Of a stretch of 64,000 nt of DNA, positions 24,901 through 36,606 are shown piece by piece. This DNA is from Anthoceros angustus (Eukaryota > Plantae > Anthocerotophyta): the NCBI GenBank assembly GCA_010909165.1, contig MU008151.1, positions 682,001-746,000 of the forward strand. Reading direction: 5' to 3'. The translations under genes and the position numbers were made by a program. The number at the start of each line of letters is the position of its first letter. The stretch's first letter is position 1. The notes beneath the pieces were generated by a model, which saw only the letters and a program-made list of their open reading frames with translations, had not been told where the DNA came from and did no database searches.

Positions 24901-26194
24901 TGCCCACGAGCAAAGGCCAGTAAGCCTCTTGAGTGGCATTGCCTGCCAAGGCTGCATTGATGATTGCGTCCTTTCCTTCCGCTTCCCATGTTGTCCCCGG
25001 ATGTTGATCTCCGTAACGTCTTGTTGACTTGAATACAGTTCATCAAGTCTCTAAACATGTCATGATCCAGGGCGTCCCAGCCAGAAATGTCGAGCTTTTT
25101 CAGAGATGCGTTGCCCTCCAAGGATCTCAGCAACTCTTTCTTGAACGAGGCGTGGCCCGAGCGCCAAGTCCAGGACACGCAGTGCTTTGCATTCCGGGAG
25201 CAACTGGACAAGGCGCATCCACACATCCGTCGCAGCTGATGGCGTACTGAGTCCCGAGACGAAGTTCAGATATGGTGGAGTTGTGCGTAACCCGTCCAGG
25301 CCGTGGATGAGAGCATATGGAGTGGTGTCAAGCTCTCGATACGATCGTTGGTGCGCAGCATTCCGGCCAGGGCGTCTGCCAGGCCTGCCTCCCCATCCTT
25401 CGAGATATCCAAATAAAGCTGTGTGACGCCAGAGATGGAGGCATTCTCATCCTCATCCGCGCGGGTGAAAGCAAGTTTGAGCACAGTGCCCATGGGCCCG
25501 AGGCCGGGAATGGGACCCCGCAATGCAACGCCATCATCCAACGCCAGATACCGGAGCGTGGCACAGAGCGGAAGAGCATTTGCAATACACTGGGCTCCCG
25601 CCACATCCATGCCGATGTCTTCAGTGACAGATCCTTGAGACGGGAGCCGTGGCCAGAATGCGGGCCAGGTGCTGTGCCCTTCAGCACCTCCCACCTCGTT
25701 CCCTCTAAGACCAACTTCCAGGACAGAATCCTTGTTGAAGCCTTTGGCCAGGGCACCCAGTCCGCGGCATCAAGCCCAACTTGCTGAAAGTTCGTAAGCT
25801 GCGACTGGATGCAACAAGCTGGCCCAGAGCCTCGCAAGCCGCCTGCCTTCCAAAACCTTCACAGCCATATCCAGTTTCCAGGGAAGGGTTGGACGCCAGG
25901 CCCCCAACAGAACCGACACTTCATCCTCCTGATCCAAGCCGATGGCCCACGCGGTGAATGGTTATGTCAGAGACTGCGGCAGTTGGCAATGGCTGTCAAC
26001 ACCCGCTTGCGCACTCGCCAGTGCCTTCCCTCATCACCACGGATTCGATCAGTGAAGTAGCCGCCATACTCTTCATCTTGCAGCCTGTAGCTGTGGGATA
26101 CATGGGACAGGGCATTCCGGCCCAGATTTACCAGCAGCTGCTGCAGCTGAACCGGCAGCGCGCGCCAATCCTCCGCCTCATGCTCTTCCGCCAT
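21946..26194 (-). CDS. TORNADO1-like LRR-Roc-COR (ROCO) protein, copy 1 (frameshifted in this assembly)
   Basis: N-terminal RNI-like LRRs. Roc G1 'GRLFLCG..GKTTL', G2 'RTEGIEI', G3 'WDLAGQAHY', G4 'VVATHVD'. COR 'YLHDVGSII...VVINPHW' and 'FFPRFQ'. GT-AG intron at ~23545-23461. Coiled coil, C-terminal 'LHFMCEN...H.V.GQ' and 'AWVCERC'; TGA at 21946-21948. Confidence 0.85.
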
Positions 26195-26675
26195 GCTCTG
26201 CTATGCTGCTTCCCGGACTGCTAGAATGGAATGAGGGCCAGGCAGGTGCTGTGCTCCTCCAGGCCACACCACATCCCCGCGGCCTTCAGCCCTGGCAGCC
26301 AGGCCCCACGCAGCGAAACTTCCCACATGAACGGCGAAACAGCCCAAACTTAAACATGCTAAAATAAGTAAATGGGAATGGGAATGGGAATTTGTCCGGG
26401 TCAGTCGAGATCGGGACATCGGAACGGAACGGGAAACGGCTCCCGTGCACGGTCCCTGTGATGAATGATGGGCTGGGTTGGGTGTCCACGGAAACTGGAT
26501 CCAGCCTAGAAACCCTTTACTTGTAATTTTCGATAACATAATCTTTCATGACTCTAAGCTCATCAGGGTTTGGCAGCCTGTGAAAGGGAACAACACGCGC
26601 ACCAAAGTCAGCGTATGGGGAAGGGAAGTGCAATGAAATTGCGGATATAACCCATAGTGTTTCTTCAGAAGTGAA

Positions 26676-26900
26676 TATCGTACTTCGAGGGTGGTTCAAC
26701 AGGATAATGTCGAAATAATTATTTTTTTTAAAAATAAGGTTCAACATAAATATTTATATTTTTCAAAATTTCAACATTTACAAAAAATAATTTTATCAAA
26801 TTTCAGCATTTATTAAAATACGTAGATATATATATATAACTAATGGATATGTATAGACCTCCCCTAAATAGGTCCTAATTTTCCACACAAACCCTAGTTT
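26676..26900 (+). mobile_element. Longer relative of the 5481-5714 MITE (left end only recognised)
   Basis: TA-TCGTACTTCGAGGGTGGTTCAACAGG... is colinear with 5481-5700; the right TIR was not found. Confidence 0.55.
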
Positions 26901-27029
26901 TCTTATTTTCGGCATCATAAACTCATAAATTTTTACCTATTCAATATTTTAAGTATAATAATTTCTAGATTTTTAACTTTTATTAATTTTAATTAATTAA
27001 CGCTGAATCACCCCTTGGGGTAAGATAGT

Positions 27030-27203
27030 GCAAGGTATGAGTACTGTTTTCTCTAGAGTTAGTTGGAGGAATCCTTTCCAGTATATCCAGTGGGACGACG
27101 GACGCCCATCTCCTATAGCGCAGGGTATGAGTACTGTTTTCTCTAGAGTTAGTTGGAGGAATCCTTTCCAGTATATCCAGTGGGACGACGGACGCCCATC
27201 TCC
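27030..27203. repeat. 90-bp-period tandem duplication
   Basis: GGTATGAGTACTGTTTTCTCTAGAG...GACGCCCATCTCC occurs twice. Confidence 0.9.
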
Positions 27204-27619
27204 GGAGAGGGAGACGCCGAAAAGAAAGATACATCATCATGCCTCCCGGCTTTGCATCGCGGGGTGCGTGGCCACACGGATGGTAGGGCTCATTAAGTTT
27301 GCGTTCGCCTTAGGCGACGGGGTACCCTAGCAACCATTCCCTTTCTAGTAGCGTGTATTTCCATGGCCTCCCAGCAACCATTCCCTTTCTAGTAGCGTGT
27401 GTTCCGTTTCCATGGCCTCCCAGCAACCATTGTTTTTTATAGGGATCCGCACTTTCTGTCCCACTTTTGGCAGCACCTACATACCACCCTTGAACCAAGC
27501 TCTTGTTTTCTGCAGGCTACCAGCGGCAAACTGACGGAACACCATGGTACAAGTTGTTAAGTACCAGGTCCCATGACGGAAATCCGTCCTTAGTGGACTA
27601 AAATAAAATTCTTCTTCTT

Positions 27620-27764
27620 CTACTAGCACCAAGGGCATCCACTCCCTTTAGGGACCCCATCTAAGTACCGGGACCCCATCTAAGTACCGATCCAAGCTCA
27701 GGATGCTTAATCACGGTGTTTTTATAAATGTGTGTCCATTTGGCCTAGGCCATTTGGATAGTAG
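27620..27764 (-). repeat. 5S-rRNA-like short interspersed repeat with self-complementary ends
   Basis: Minus strand ...CCGTGATTAAGCA...GGTACTTAGATGGGG...GGTGCTAGTAG resembles the 5S A-box/C-box and 3' end. Ends CTACTA/TAGTAG; 19-bp internal duplication. Homologues end at 40182 and 41408. Confidence 0.6.
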
Positions 27765-27979
27765 CTTAGGTAGAAATGGTACAACTGGCCAAGTCCCGTA
27801 ATGGCAAAATTCCATCGAAGTGGATTAAAACAGACTCTAGTCATCCACGATCCAAGGTATGTACCTGGGCATTCTGCCATACATACACTGGTAGCACGAT
27901 TCAAGGTGTGTACCTGGCCCTCCTGCCATGCATAGATAGTTTGTTCTTAGCCTCATCTTCCGACAGCGCTCCCTGAACG

Positions 27980-30900
27980 ATGGCCACAGTGTGGCAGCCG
28001 GATCCGGTCTGGACCCAACAAAGTGGTGTGTCTCCAGGGGTTCTACGAGGAGCTCCCGCTCACCTCACCTTTGGGGGTATACCCGTGGCAAACAACCACG
28101 CCTCCAGGTGCAGCAGTGTATCCAGCCCAGCACTTCCACTTGCCAGGAACTGTGTGGGTGGGGTCGAATTTTCCACCGAGGGTGCTCGCAAGGTGCAGGA
28201 GTACTTGTGGAAACAATTTTTTCTGGACCCAACCATGTGGTGGGACGACAGACGAGATAAGAAGTGCTCCCGTGCGCCTGATTTCCGGCGTAAGGAATCC
28301 AGTGAGGTCCTGTGGTTAAACAGCATGCTCAAGCCACCTTGGGTTGATGAGCAACTCGTTTCTTTGGATATGCAGATGGGTCAACGTGCCTCCTTCAAGT
28401 CGAGCTCTCTGGATAATCCTGAACCTGGCAGGCGTGCAGGATCGGAAATGGGCGCCGTAACTGGCACGTTATGTCAGCAGGGAAGCTTTCTGAGGCCGTT
28501 GGAGCCTGGAATCTCTGGCGCAGACAGACTCTGCTACCTCTCAGTCTCTGGTTTACACTGTGCTAAAACTGTGTACAGCTAAGAAGGATCTGGTTATGGG
28601 GCGACGAGTTCATGACCTCGTTGTCGAACTTGGGTACGAGTCGGATCCGTACTTGGGGAACCATATCTTGCGCATGTATGCATCCGGAGGTAGGCTGCAG
28701 GCGGCCATGGATGTGTTCACCAGGGTGGGAAAACCAAACGTCTTCATGTGGTTTTCCATAATCTCTTCACATGCTAAACACGGGAAACCTAACGAGGCCA
28801 TACAACTGTACCATGAGATGCGTAGGTCAGGAGTGAAGGCGGATGGCCACATCTTTGTAGCTGCCTTCAAGCTTGTGCATTGCTGCCGACTTGGAATCTG
28901 GCAGAAAGTGCACTGTGATGTGTTGCACAGTGGCATTCCTCCTGACTTGTTTGTTGGAAACTGCCTGGTGGACATGTATGCAAAGTGTAAAGCACTGGGA
29001 GATGCACGCCAGGTTTTTGGCAGCTTGGCCACAAGGATGTGGTGACATGGAATACCCTGATAGCTGGGTATGCAGCAAGGACTCGCCAAGAGGCGCTTGT
29101 TCTGTATGGACAAATGGAGCAGGAGGGCCTCATTATGGCTGACCATGTTACTTTTGCTTGCCTTCTGAAGGCCTGTGCAAGCACTGGTGCCTTACAGAAG
29201 GGCAGGCAGCTGCACTCACTGATTGTGGAAAGAGGCAGCTGGACACTGTGCAACTGCCTGGTGGACATGTATGCAAAATGTGGTGAACTGAAAGATGCAC
29301 GCCAGGTTTTTGACAGCTTGACCACAAAGGATGTGGTGACATGGACGTCACTGATTGCTGGGTATGTCCAGCAGGGGCTCGCGCATGAGGCACTTGTTGT
29401 ATACGGACAAATGGAGCAGGAGGGCCTGATTTTGGCTAACCATATTACTTTTGCTTGCCTTCTGATGGCCTGTGCAAGCACTGGTGCCTCACAGAAGGGC
29501 AGGCACCTGCACTCACAGATTGTGGAAGAGGACTGCTGGATAGTGGTTGGGCAACTGCCTGGTGGACATGTATGCAAAATGTGGTGAACTGGAAGATGCA
29601 CGCCAGGTTTTTGACAGCTTGGCCACAAAGGATGTGGTGACATGGAATGCCCTGATTGCTGGGTATGCACAGCAAGGACTCGCCAAGAGGCGCTTGTGTA
29701 TGGACAAATGGAGCAGGAGGGCCTCATTTTGGCTGACCATGTTACTTTTGCTTGCCTTCTGAAGGCCTGTGCAAGCACTGGTGCCTTACAGAAGGGCAGG
29801 CAGCTGCACTCACAGATTGTGGAAAGAGGACTGCTGGACATACGGTTGGGCAACTGCCTGGTGGACATGTATGCAAAATGTGGTGAACTGGAAGATGCAC
29901 GCCAGGTTTTTGACAGCTTGGCCACAAAGGATGTGGTGACATGGAATGCCCTGATTGCTGGGTATGCAGCAAGGTTGGCCAAGAGGCGCTTGTTCTGTAT
30001 GGACAAATGGAGCAGGAGGCCTGATTTTGGCTAACCATGTTACTTTTGCTTGCCTTCTGAAGGCCTGTGCAAGCACTGGTGCCTTACAGAAGGGCAGGCA
30101 GCTGCACAGATTGTGGAAAGAGGACTGCTGGATAACATCGTGTTGGGCAACTGCCTGGTGGACATGTATGCAAAATGTGGTGAACTGGAAGATGCACGCC
30201 AGGTTTTTGAAAGCTTGGCCACAAAGAATGTGGTGACATGGACGGCGCTGATAGATGGGTATGGTACTTGTGATGAAGGTCACAACGCAGTAGCTTGTTT
30301 TGAAGAGATGTTGGTCGCTGGTATTCAGCCTGATGATACTACTTTTACTTGCCTTTTAGCAGCATGCAGTCATGAGGGGCTGGTGCATGAGGGCGCAAGC
30401 ACTTTGAGTTCCATGGCTGAGCATGGCATCAAACCTACTATTGAGCACACATTGCATGATAGATCTTCTTGGGCGTGCAGGCCATTTAGATGAGGCCGAG
30501 AACATGCTATCATCATGTGGGAGCCAAAGCAATGTTGTGGGGTTGACGTCTTTGCTGAACGCCTGCAAAAATCACGGGGATGTAAAGAGGGCAACGCGGT
30601 GTTTTGAAAGTCTGGTTAGACTGGACCCTCAGACTGCATCGGCCTATGTTCTGATGGCCAATGCCTATGCGGACGCAGGGATGTGGACCGAAGTAGAGAG
30701 GATTGAATCACAGAGAATCGCAGCAGGAGCGAACAAGAAACCTGCCGCGGCCACCATTGAGGTGAAGAAGCAGGTACATACATTTGTGGTGGGAGAAAAC
30801 AGAGATGACATTGCGCTCAAGGTGGAAAGCACGAGTGCACGTCTGAAGCAGGAAGGGGGCCACGTACCTCAGACAAAGCTGGTGCTGAAGCCACTGGGTG

Positions 30901-31139
30901 AGAAAGAAAAGGAAGATGTGCTTTGCGGGCATGCTGAGAAGCTAGCTTTGGCGTTTGGTCTCTTGAACACTCCCAGTGGCACTCCTCTGGTGGTAACCAA
31001 GAATCTACGCATGTGTAGTGACTGCCACACTTCTACCGAGATCATGTCAAGGGTTGAAGCGAGAGACATTGTTGTAAGGGACGGGTACCGGGTGCATCGA
31101 TTCGCAGCTGGTTGTTGCACTTGTAAGAGTCGACCGTGA
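27980..31139 (+). CDS. PLS-class PPR RNA-editing factor with N-terminal OSB-type PDF motif and C-terminal DYW:KP deaminase (ends ...CKSRP)
   Basis: Putative transit peptide; LWKQFFLDPTMWWDDRRDKKCSRAPDFRRKESSEVLWL; P-L-S repeats; E domains; KKPAAATIEV, HAEKLA, CSDCH. Several 1-bp frameshifts. Confidence 0.92.
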
Positions 31140-31778
31140 GAATGGCGAAGAACTAGCCAGCGCGCAGACAGCTGAATTGCCTCATGTTGGAATCCGAAGT
31201 CATTCCAAGCTTTTGTTTCTCCAGAAAACGATTTTATCTATCCAGGGAAACAATTCTGTTCCACTAATATTTTGTCAAGATGCTGTTTTTCTTCTAAGAT
31301 ATTATTGATTATTGTCGGTGGCCGTCGCAAACAGACAAGGTTCAAAGCAGACAAGGTTTAAATCAACAGGTATTGGTGTGCATACAGGCCTGCAGATCTC
31401 AGACACCAAACTCCACCAATGGCACCTTCTCAAGAAGAGCCTTCTGTGGAAGCCACATCTCGGAGAAAAAGGACGCTCCAGGGTTGCTGCTGGCCAGAGC
31501 ATTAAACATGGTTATACAGCTGCAGAGCATCTTTTTCAGTGAAGCAACTTGGCCTGTTGGCCCGGCGGCCGGGCCAGGCCTGGTAGGCCTGATCGAGGTC
31601 ACTGGCGTTTGGACATTAAATGACAGTACGGCGGGATACAACTTGTTGCTAGCAGCCGCAGGACACCTCCAGGTCCATGAGGTAGGTTTTCCGCCCCGGC
31701 AAGGGACTTCAACCAGACAATTGGCCAGCAGCTGTGGAAGATGTCCTTCAATCTTCAGACATATTGCCCGATGAACTC

Positions 31779-34255
31779 TCAACACCGATCCCTGCATGAA
31801 CAAGACCCATCTAGGAACCGATGCACTCGATGCGAATCTCTCACCACAATCTCTCGATTCTCAAGCCGTGACATGATTTTGGTGCTACTGTGGCAGTCAT
31901 CGCACATGCGCAGATTCTTTGTCACTACCAAAGTTGTGCCATTTGGTGTGCTCAGCAGACCATACGCCAAGGCCAGTTTCTCTGCATGCCCACACAGCGC
32001 ATCCTCCTTCTCCTGCTCAGACACAGCCCTCAAGACTAATTCTGTTTGTGGCACATGGCCTCCTTCATCCTTCAACCTGGAGTTCATACTTGTTAGCGTC
32101 CTCAAAATGTCGGCCCTCTTCTCCCCACTGTGAACTCGTGCACCTCGTTCTTCACTTCAATGCATGCCTTTGCTGGCTTCTTCACAGCACCTGCTGCCTT
32201 TCTCAAGCTTTCTATTGTATCAACAGCATCCCACCAGCCTGCTTTGGCATACATGTTACCCAACAACACATAGGCACTTGCGTTTTCTGGTTCCAGCTCT
32301 ACAAGATGGTCAAAGCATCGATGCCCACGCTTTACATCCCCGTGGCTTTTGCAAGCACTCAGCAAAGCCTTCCAGCCCACGGCCACATTCATACATGAGA
32401 GAGTTTGCAGAATATTTTCAGCCTCATCCAGATAACCTGACCGACCAAGGAGACTGACGATGCAACTATAGTGATATTCAGTGGGTGTGATTCCATGTTC
32501 CTCAACCATCATCCTAAAATATCGCAGGCCCTCATGTACCAGGCCTGCATGACTGCATGCCACGAAAAGACAAGTGAAACTTGTTTCATCTGGTTGGATT
32601 CCTTGCTGAAGCATCTCTTCAAACACTGAATTGCCATGTGACCATCTCCGTGTTCAGCATACCCATTGATCATAGCTGTCCATGTCACCAGATTTTGAGT
32701 GGCCATCATGTCAAACACTTTTCGGGCTTCTTCTAAACTCCCGCATTTGGAGTACATATCCACCAAGCAGCTGCCGAGGAGCACATCATCTTCCAAACCA
32801 GCTTGCTGGATCTGCCTAGCAAGCTGCTTCCCCTGCTGAAGGGCACCCACACTGGTACATGCCCGGAGGAGGCACCCAAGGGTGAAGGAGTCCAGTGGGA
32901 GATGCCCTCCTCTTGCATGCTTGCATACAGAGACAGAGCTTCTCGACTCAGCTCCTGCTGCGCATACAATGCAACCATGGTAGTCCACATTTCCACATCC
33001 CTGTTGGGGAAAGTGTCAAACACTTTGCGAGCATCCTCCAAGCTCCCACATTTTGCGTACATACTCACCAGGCAGTTACCGATGACCACATCAGCTTCAA
33101 GGCCTCTTTGTCGAATCTGCGAGTGAAGCTGCTTCCCCTGCTGCAGTGCTCCGACAGCAGCACATGCCTGAAGAAGGCAAACAAACGTCACGCGATTGGC
33201 TAGACCGATGCCCTCTTGTTGCATACTTGCATATAGAGCTAGGGCTTCTGTCCCGAGCCCCTGCTGAGTATATCCATCAATCAGGGCAGTCCATGTCACC
33301 ACATCTCTTGTGGGCATGCTTTCAAACACCTTGCGGGCCTCATTCAAGCCTCCACACTTGGCGTACATGTTCACCAGGCTGTTCATGACAAAAGATCCGT
33401 CTTCTCCGCACTAGCCTGAATATGTACATGAACCTCCTTGCCCGATACCAGGTCCTGTGCTGAGGCACACGCCTTGAGGACTGCCACGAAGACATGGTTA
33501 TTCGGCTTCGCACCGACTGCTCGCAATTGTAGATAGAGGTTGATAGCCTGCGCATGCTGCCGTGCCGGACATGCGCCAGAATCATGGACGCCCACATGTG
33601 AATGCTGGGAACAGGCACTCGGGCAAAGGCCTCAACTGCATCATCCAACCTGCCATGAGAGGAGTACATCCCAATGATGTGGTTGGCCAAGAATGCGTTC
33701 GAGCCGTACCCACATCGGAGTGCCAGAGCATGCACGCGCTCACCACAGCCGAGATTCTTCTCTGCCATGCACCTCTTCAGGACGCGATAAAGAGCGTGTC
33801 GGAGACATGGCATCCTCGTTGCACCAGGGTGTCCAATGCCTCGACAGCAGCATTCAGCTCCGCCTCTTCGCAACATTTGCTCAGGCTGTGGAACATGGGA
33901 TCAAGTGCAGGTGAGGCGCGAGGCCCTCATGAGGACATCTAACCTGGCCAGCTGCGCGTCCACCAAGCCGGCTTACGAGCGCTGTTGAGCCACAGCGGCT
34001 CCCTGGAGGTCTTGTGCCTGAAGTCGGGATGCGTGGGACCCCTTTGTCCGGTCTGTTATCCACCAGTCTGAGGATCCTGGAAGAATCGATGCCACAGCTG
34101 CTCCTGCCGCTGTTCTTCCTCTTCATTCCGTTGGGAGGCTTGGCCGCCTCCCACTTGGGCAAGTGCAGAAGCCAAGGGTCGGGATGCGGCTGGGTAGCAG
34201 CCGGATTTGCCAGCGGCGGCAGCACCACGCACAAGTCCGTCTGCATCATTGCCAT
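31779..34255 (-). CDS. PLS-class PPR RNA-editing factor with N-terminal PDF motif and DYW:KP deaminase (ends ...CRDRC)
   Basis: EQLWHRFFQDPQT(WW)DNRPDKGVPRIPDFRHKTSREPLWL (across frameshifts); P-L-S repeats; KKPAKACIEV, HAEKLA, CDDCH. Start position approximate. Confidence 0.9.
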
Positions 34256-34999
34256 GGGATCTCTGAATTGCTTGCCTCCCTGGACATGAAGGGAAGGAAG
34301 CGCAGGCATCTGATTTCGTTAACAGTTCATAGCTCTGCGACACCTGCTGTTCATACCCTTCCCTACATGACCAAAAGCCTTCCCACTTGCACAGCATGCA
34401 TTGAAAGAAGCCTCTTGAGAGCTGGATTGCGGTGGGGATGGATGAAGCGGAAGCAGAGAATCCCCGCAGATACGGCGGGAAGAACGCCCCGGACTAGGGT
34501 TTAAGGTCTAAAACGACGGTGCTTGCGTAAGCCTGGGGTCCGATTCGCTGAGATGTTTTTCGCCTCAAGCCATCGGCGGCGTGTGTGTCGGTCCATGGAA
34601 CTGTGGATGTCGAGTGACTGACTGTGTCTGCCTGAATCCAGACTGCTTCTCCTTCGAATGCTGTTGCCTTGACAGGGTAAGTGTTTCACTGTTTGTGCTC
34701 AACACACCTCCCACTTCGGCTCTTTTTTTTTTTCCCAGTGGATCCAATTCAGCTCTTTTGCTCAAGGCTGCAGATAGATTTTGGAAGGGGACACAGTCTT
34801 CACTAGTTCGGTAAGTGATATCAGGAGCCGAAAGGGGATGCAATAATCCTCCAAAGCTCCAAAGCTCAAGGTTAGGAAATGTTGTCATGGAGCAGGAAGC
34901 AACAGTTACTCCACTCTCCGGCTAAGCAAATGGGCTTGCAAGCTAAATTGATTCAGGTGTAGGAAGCTGCCTGGTGTGTTCGACACTCCGGACTCTTAA

Positions 35000-35450
35000 C
35001 ACATGCTGACATGGGATGTGGTTGCCTTCTGGTGTGAATAGGAATCTGTTCCAGAGGCTGCTGCTCCAACTTGCTGCGTATCCTTCTTTTCCTTCACAGT
35101 ATGCTGGATTCAGATATGAGTCGCTTGTTGTTTATGGTCAGATGGAGCAAGAGGGTCTCAATTTCGCTGACTATGTTATCGGGGCTTTGTAGCAGATGTC
35201 ATGGTTTCTGACCTTAGCGGCCAAATCACTGGTGAATGGTGTATGCGTAAACGACGGACACTTTATGTGAAGGATAGGTTTTTGATAGCATTGTTGGATA
35301 TGTATAGGTCCCTTGCAGAAGGAAGGCAATTGCACCCTTTGATTCTTAGAAGAAGACTCTGTGGATACCATACAGGTGTGCAGCTATATGTGGATATCAT
35401 ACAGGTGGGCAGTTGCCTTGTGGACAAAACACGAGAGTTTTGACTGGCAA
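35000..35450 (+). pseudogene. Degenerate PPR fragments
   Basis: 'LLFMVRWSK' / 'YGQMEQEGL', 'ALLDMY', 'GRQLH', 'VGSCLVD' remnants with stops. Confidence 0.55.
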
Positions 35451-35589
35451 AGTGGATCGAATCGAATAGATTTCTTGAAGATAATATATTGTTGATATTG
35501 GGAATGCTAACACAATGTTGATACCGGGAATGCCATATGAAATGATGAATGACACGATATAGGTGAAAGAGTAAGTTATATCTTATTAT

Positions 35590-36606
35590 GAAGGGGATCA
35601 AGTTTTATATTATTGTGATAATGAAATTTGGGATCTCGTACTCGACTTCTGAAAGATAAGAAATGCCAACTGTTTAAAAGAATGTTTTGAGCTCTTCAAG
35701 CGAAAGCTACAGGTTAGTTATCATGAAGGGAAGTAGACCTAATTTTTGGAAGCATTTTTTGAACATAGACGTTAAGTTAGCTGAATGTTTGAAGGCATCA
35801 GATTGGCAGTTTGCAAACGACCAGGTCAGAGGCATAGCGAAGACGATAGGATATACTCTTTGCCCACATCCACAATGACAACGACTGACTTCAAGCCGTA
35901 TCACATCTTGAAAAGTAGAATGGTAATGAAAAATACCTTAGTTTTTTTTATAATAGTTTGGTAATAGGCTTGGTAATAGTTTGCATGGGCCATTTATTAA
36001 GACATTGGATAGAGATAGATTTGAATAGAAACTGTAGATGTGAATTGGGATATGAGTTATTGGCAATTGGAGTGTGAATTAAATTGGAATGTGTGGGGTA
36101 TTTGTTTGCGACTTGATAATTGTCGACAGCCTACACCCCAAATGTCAATAGTTTATATCTAAATCTATATCAATAGTTTACATCCAAATCTACCTCTATA
36201 TCCTAACAAGTCACCTTTGCAAACCATTGCCAAGTTTTTGGCAAAAGTCAAAGGGAAGTTGGGTATTTTTTATTCCATTATTCTTTTCAAGATATAACAA
36301 AGCTTAAAATTGGTCATCGTCATCATGCATATGGGCAGAGAATATCTTATATATTTCTACTATACCTCTAACCTGGTTGTCAATGGACTGTTAATCTATC
36401 GATGTCTTCAAACATTGAGTGAACTTAGCATCAGTCTTAAAAAATACCCCCAACAATTAGGTCTTCTTCCCTTATCGATACCTAATTTTTAGCTTCTGTT
36501 TGAAGAGCTCAAAAACTTCTCTCATGGTGTTCGCAATTCTTATTGTCACAAGATCCAATTCGAGATCCGGAATTTCCCCTTCACAATAGAATATAACTTG
36601 TCCCTT
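35590..36606. repeat. Long imperfect inverted repeat (arms ~35590-35940 and ~36260-36606)
   Basis: The reverse complement of the right arm aligns with the left arm (e.g. TTTTGAGCTCTTCAA, AGACCTAATT, ATCTTGAAAAG). A third copy lies at ~62145-62457 (-). Confidence 0.75.

Larger units (their letters stand above)
18335..26643. repeat. Segmental duplication, copy 1 (~8.3 kb; copy 2 at 48362-56804, same orientation)
   Basis: Colinear near-identity from CCCTTGTCCACAAGCTCCC to GTGCAATGA(A/T)ATTGCG; ORFs 21300..21641 and 51446..51787 translate identically. Confidence 0.95.

Noticed and set aside
28610-30283. Long antisense ORFs over the PPR array
   Set aside because: Shadow frames of the repetitive PPR coding strand.
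21946-34255. Calling the ROCO and PPR genes pseudogenes or programmed-frameshift genes
   Set aside because: 1-bp indels occur throughout the window, often in short homopolymers and at different places in duplicates, which fits consensus error. Unresolvable without reads.
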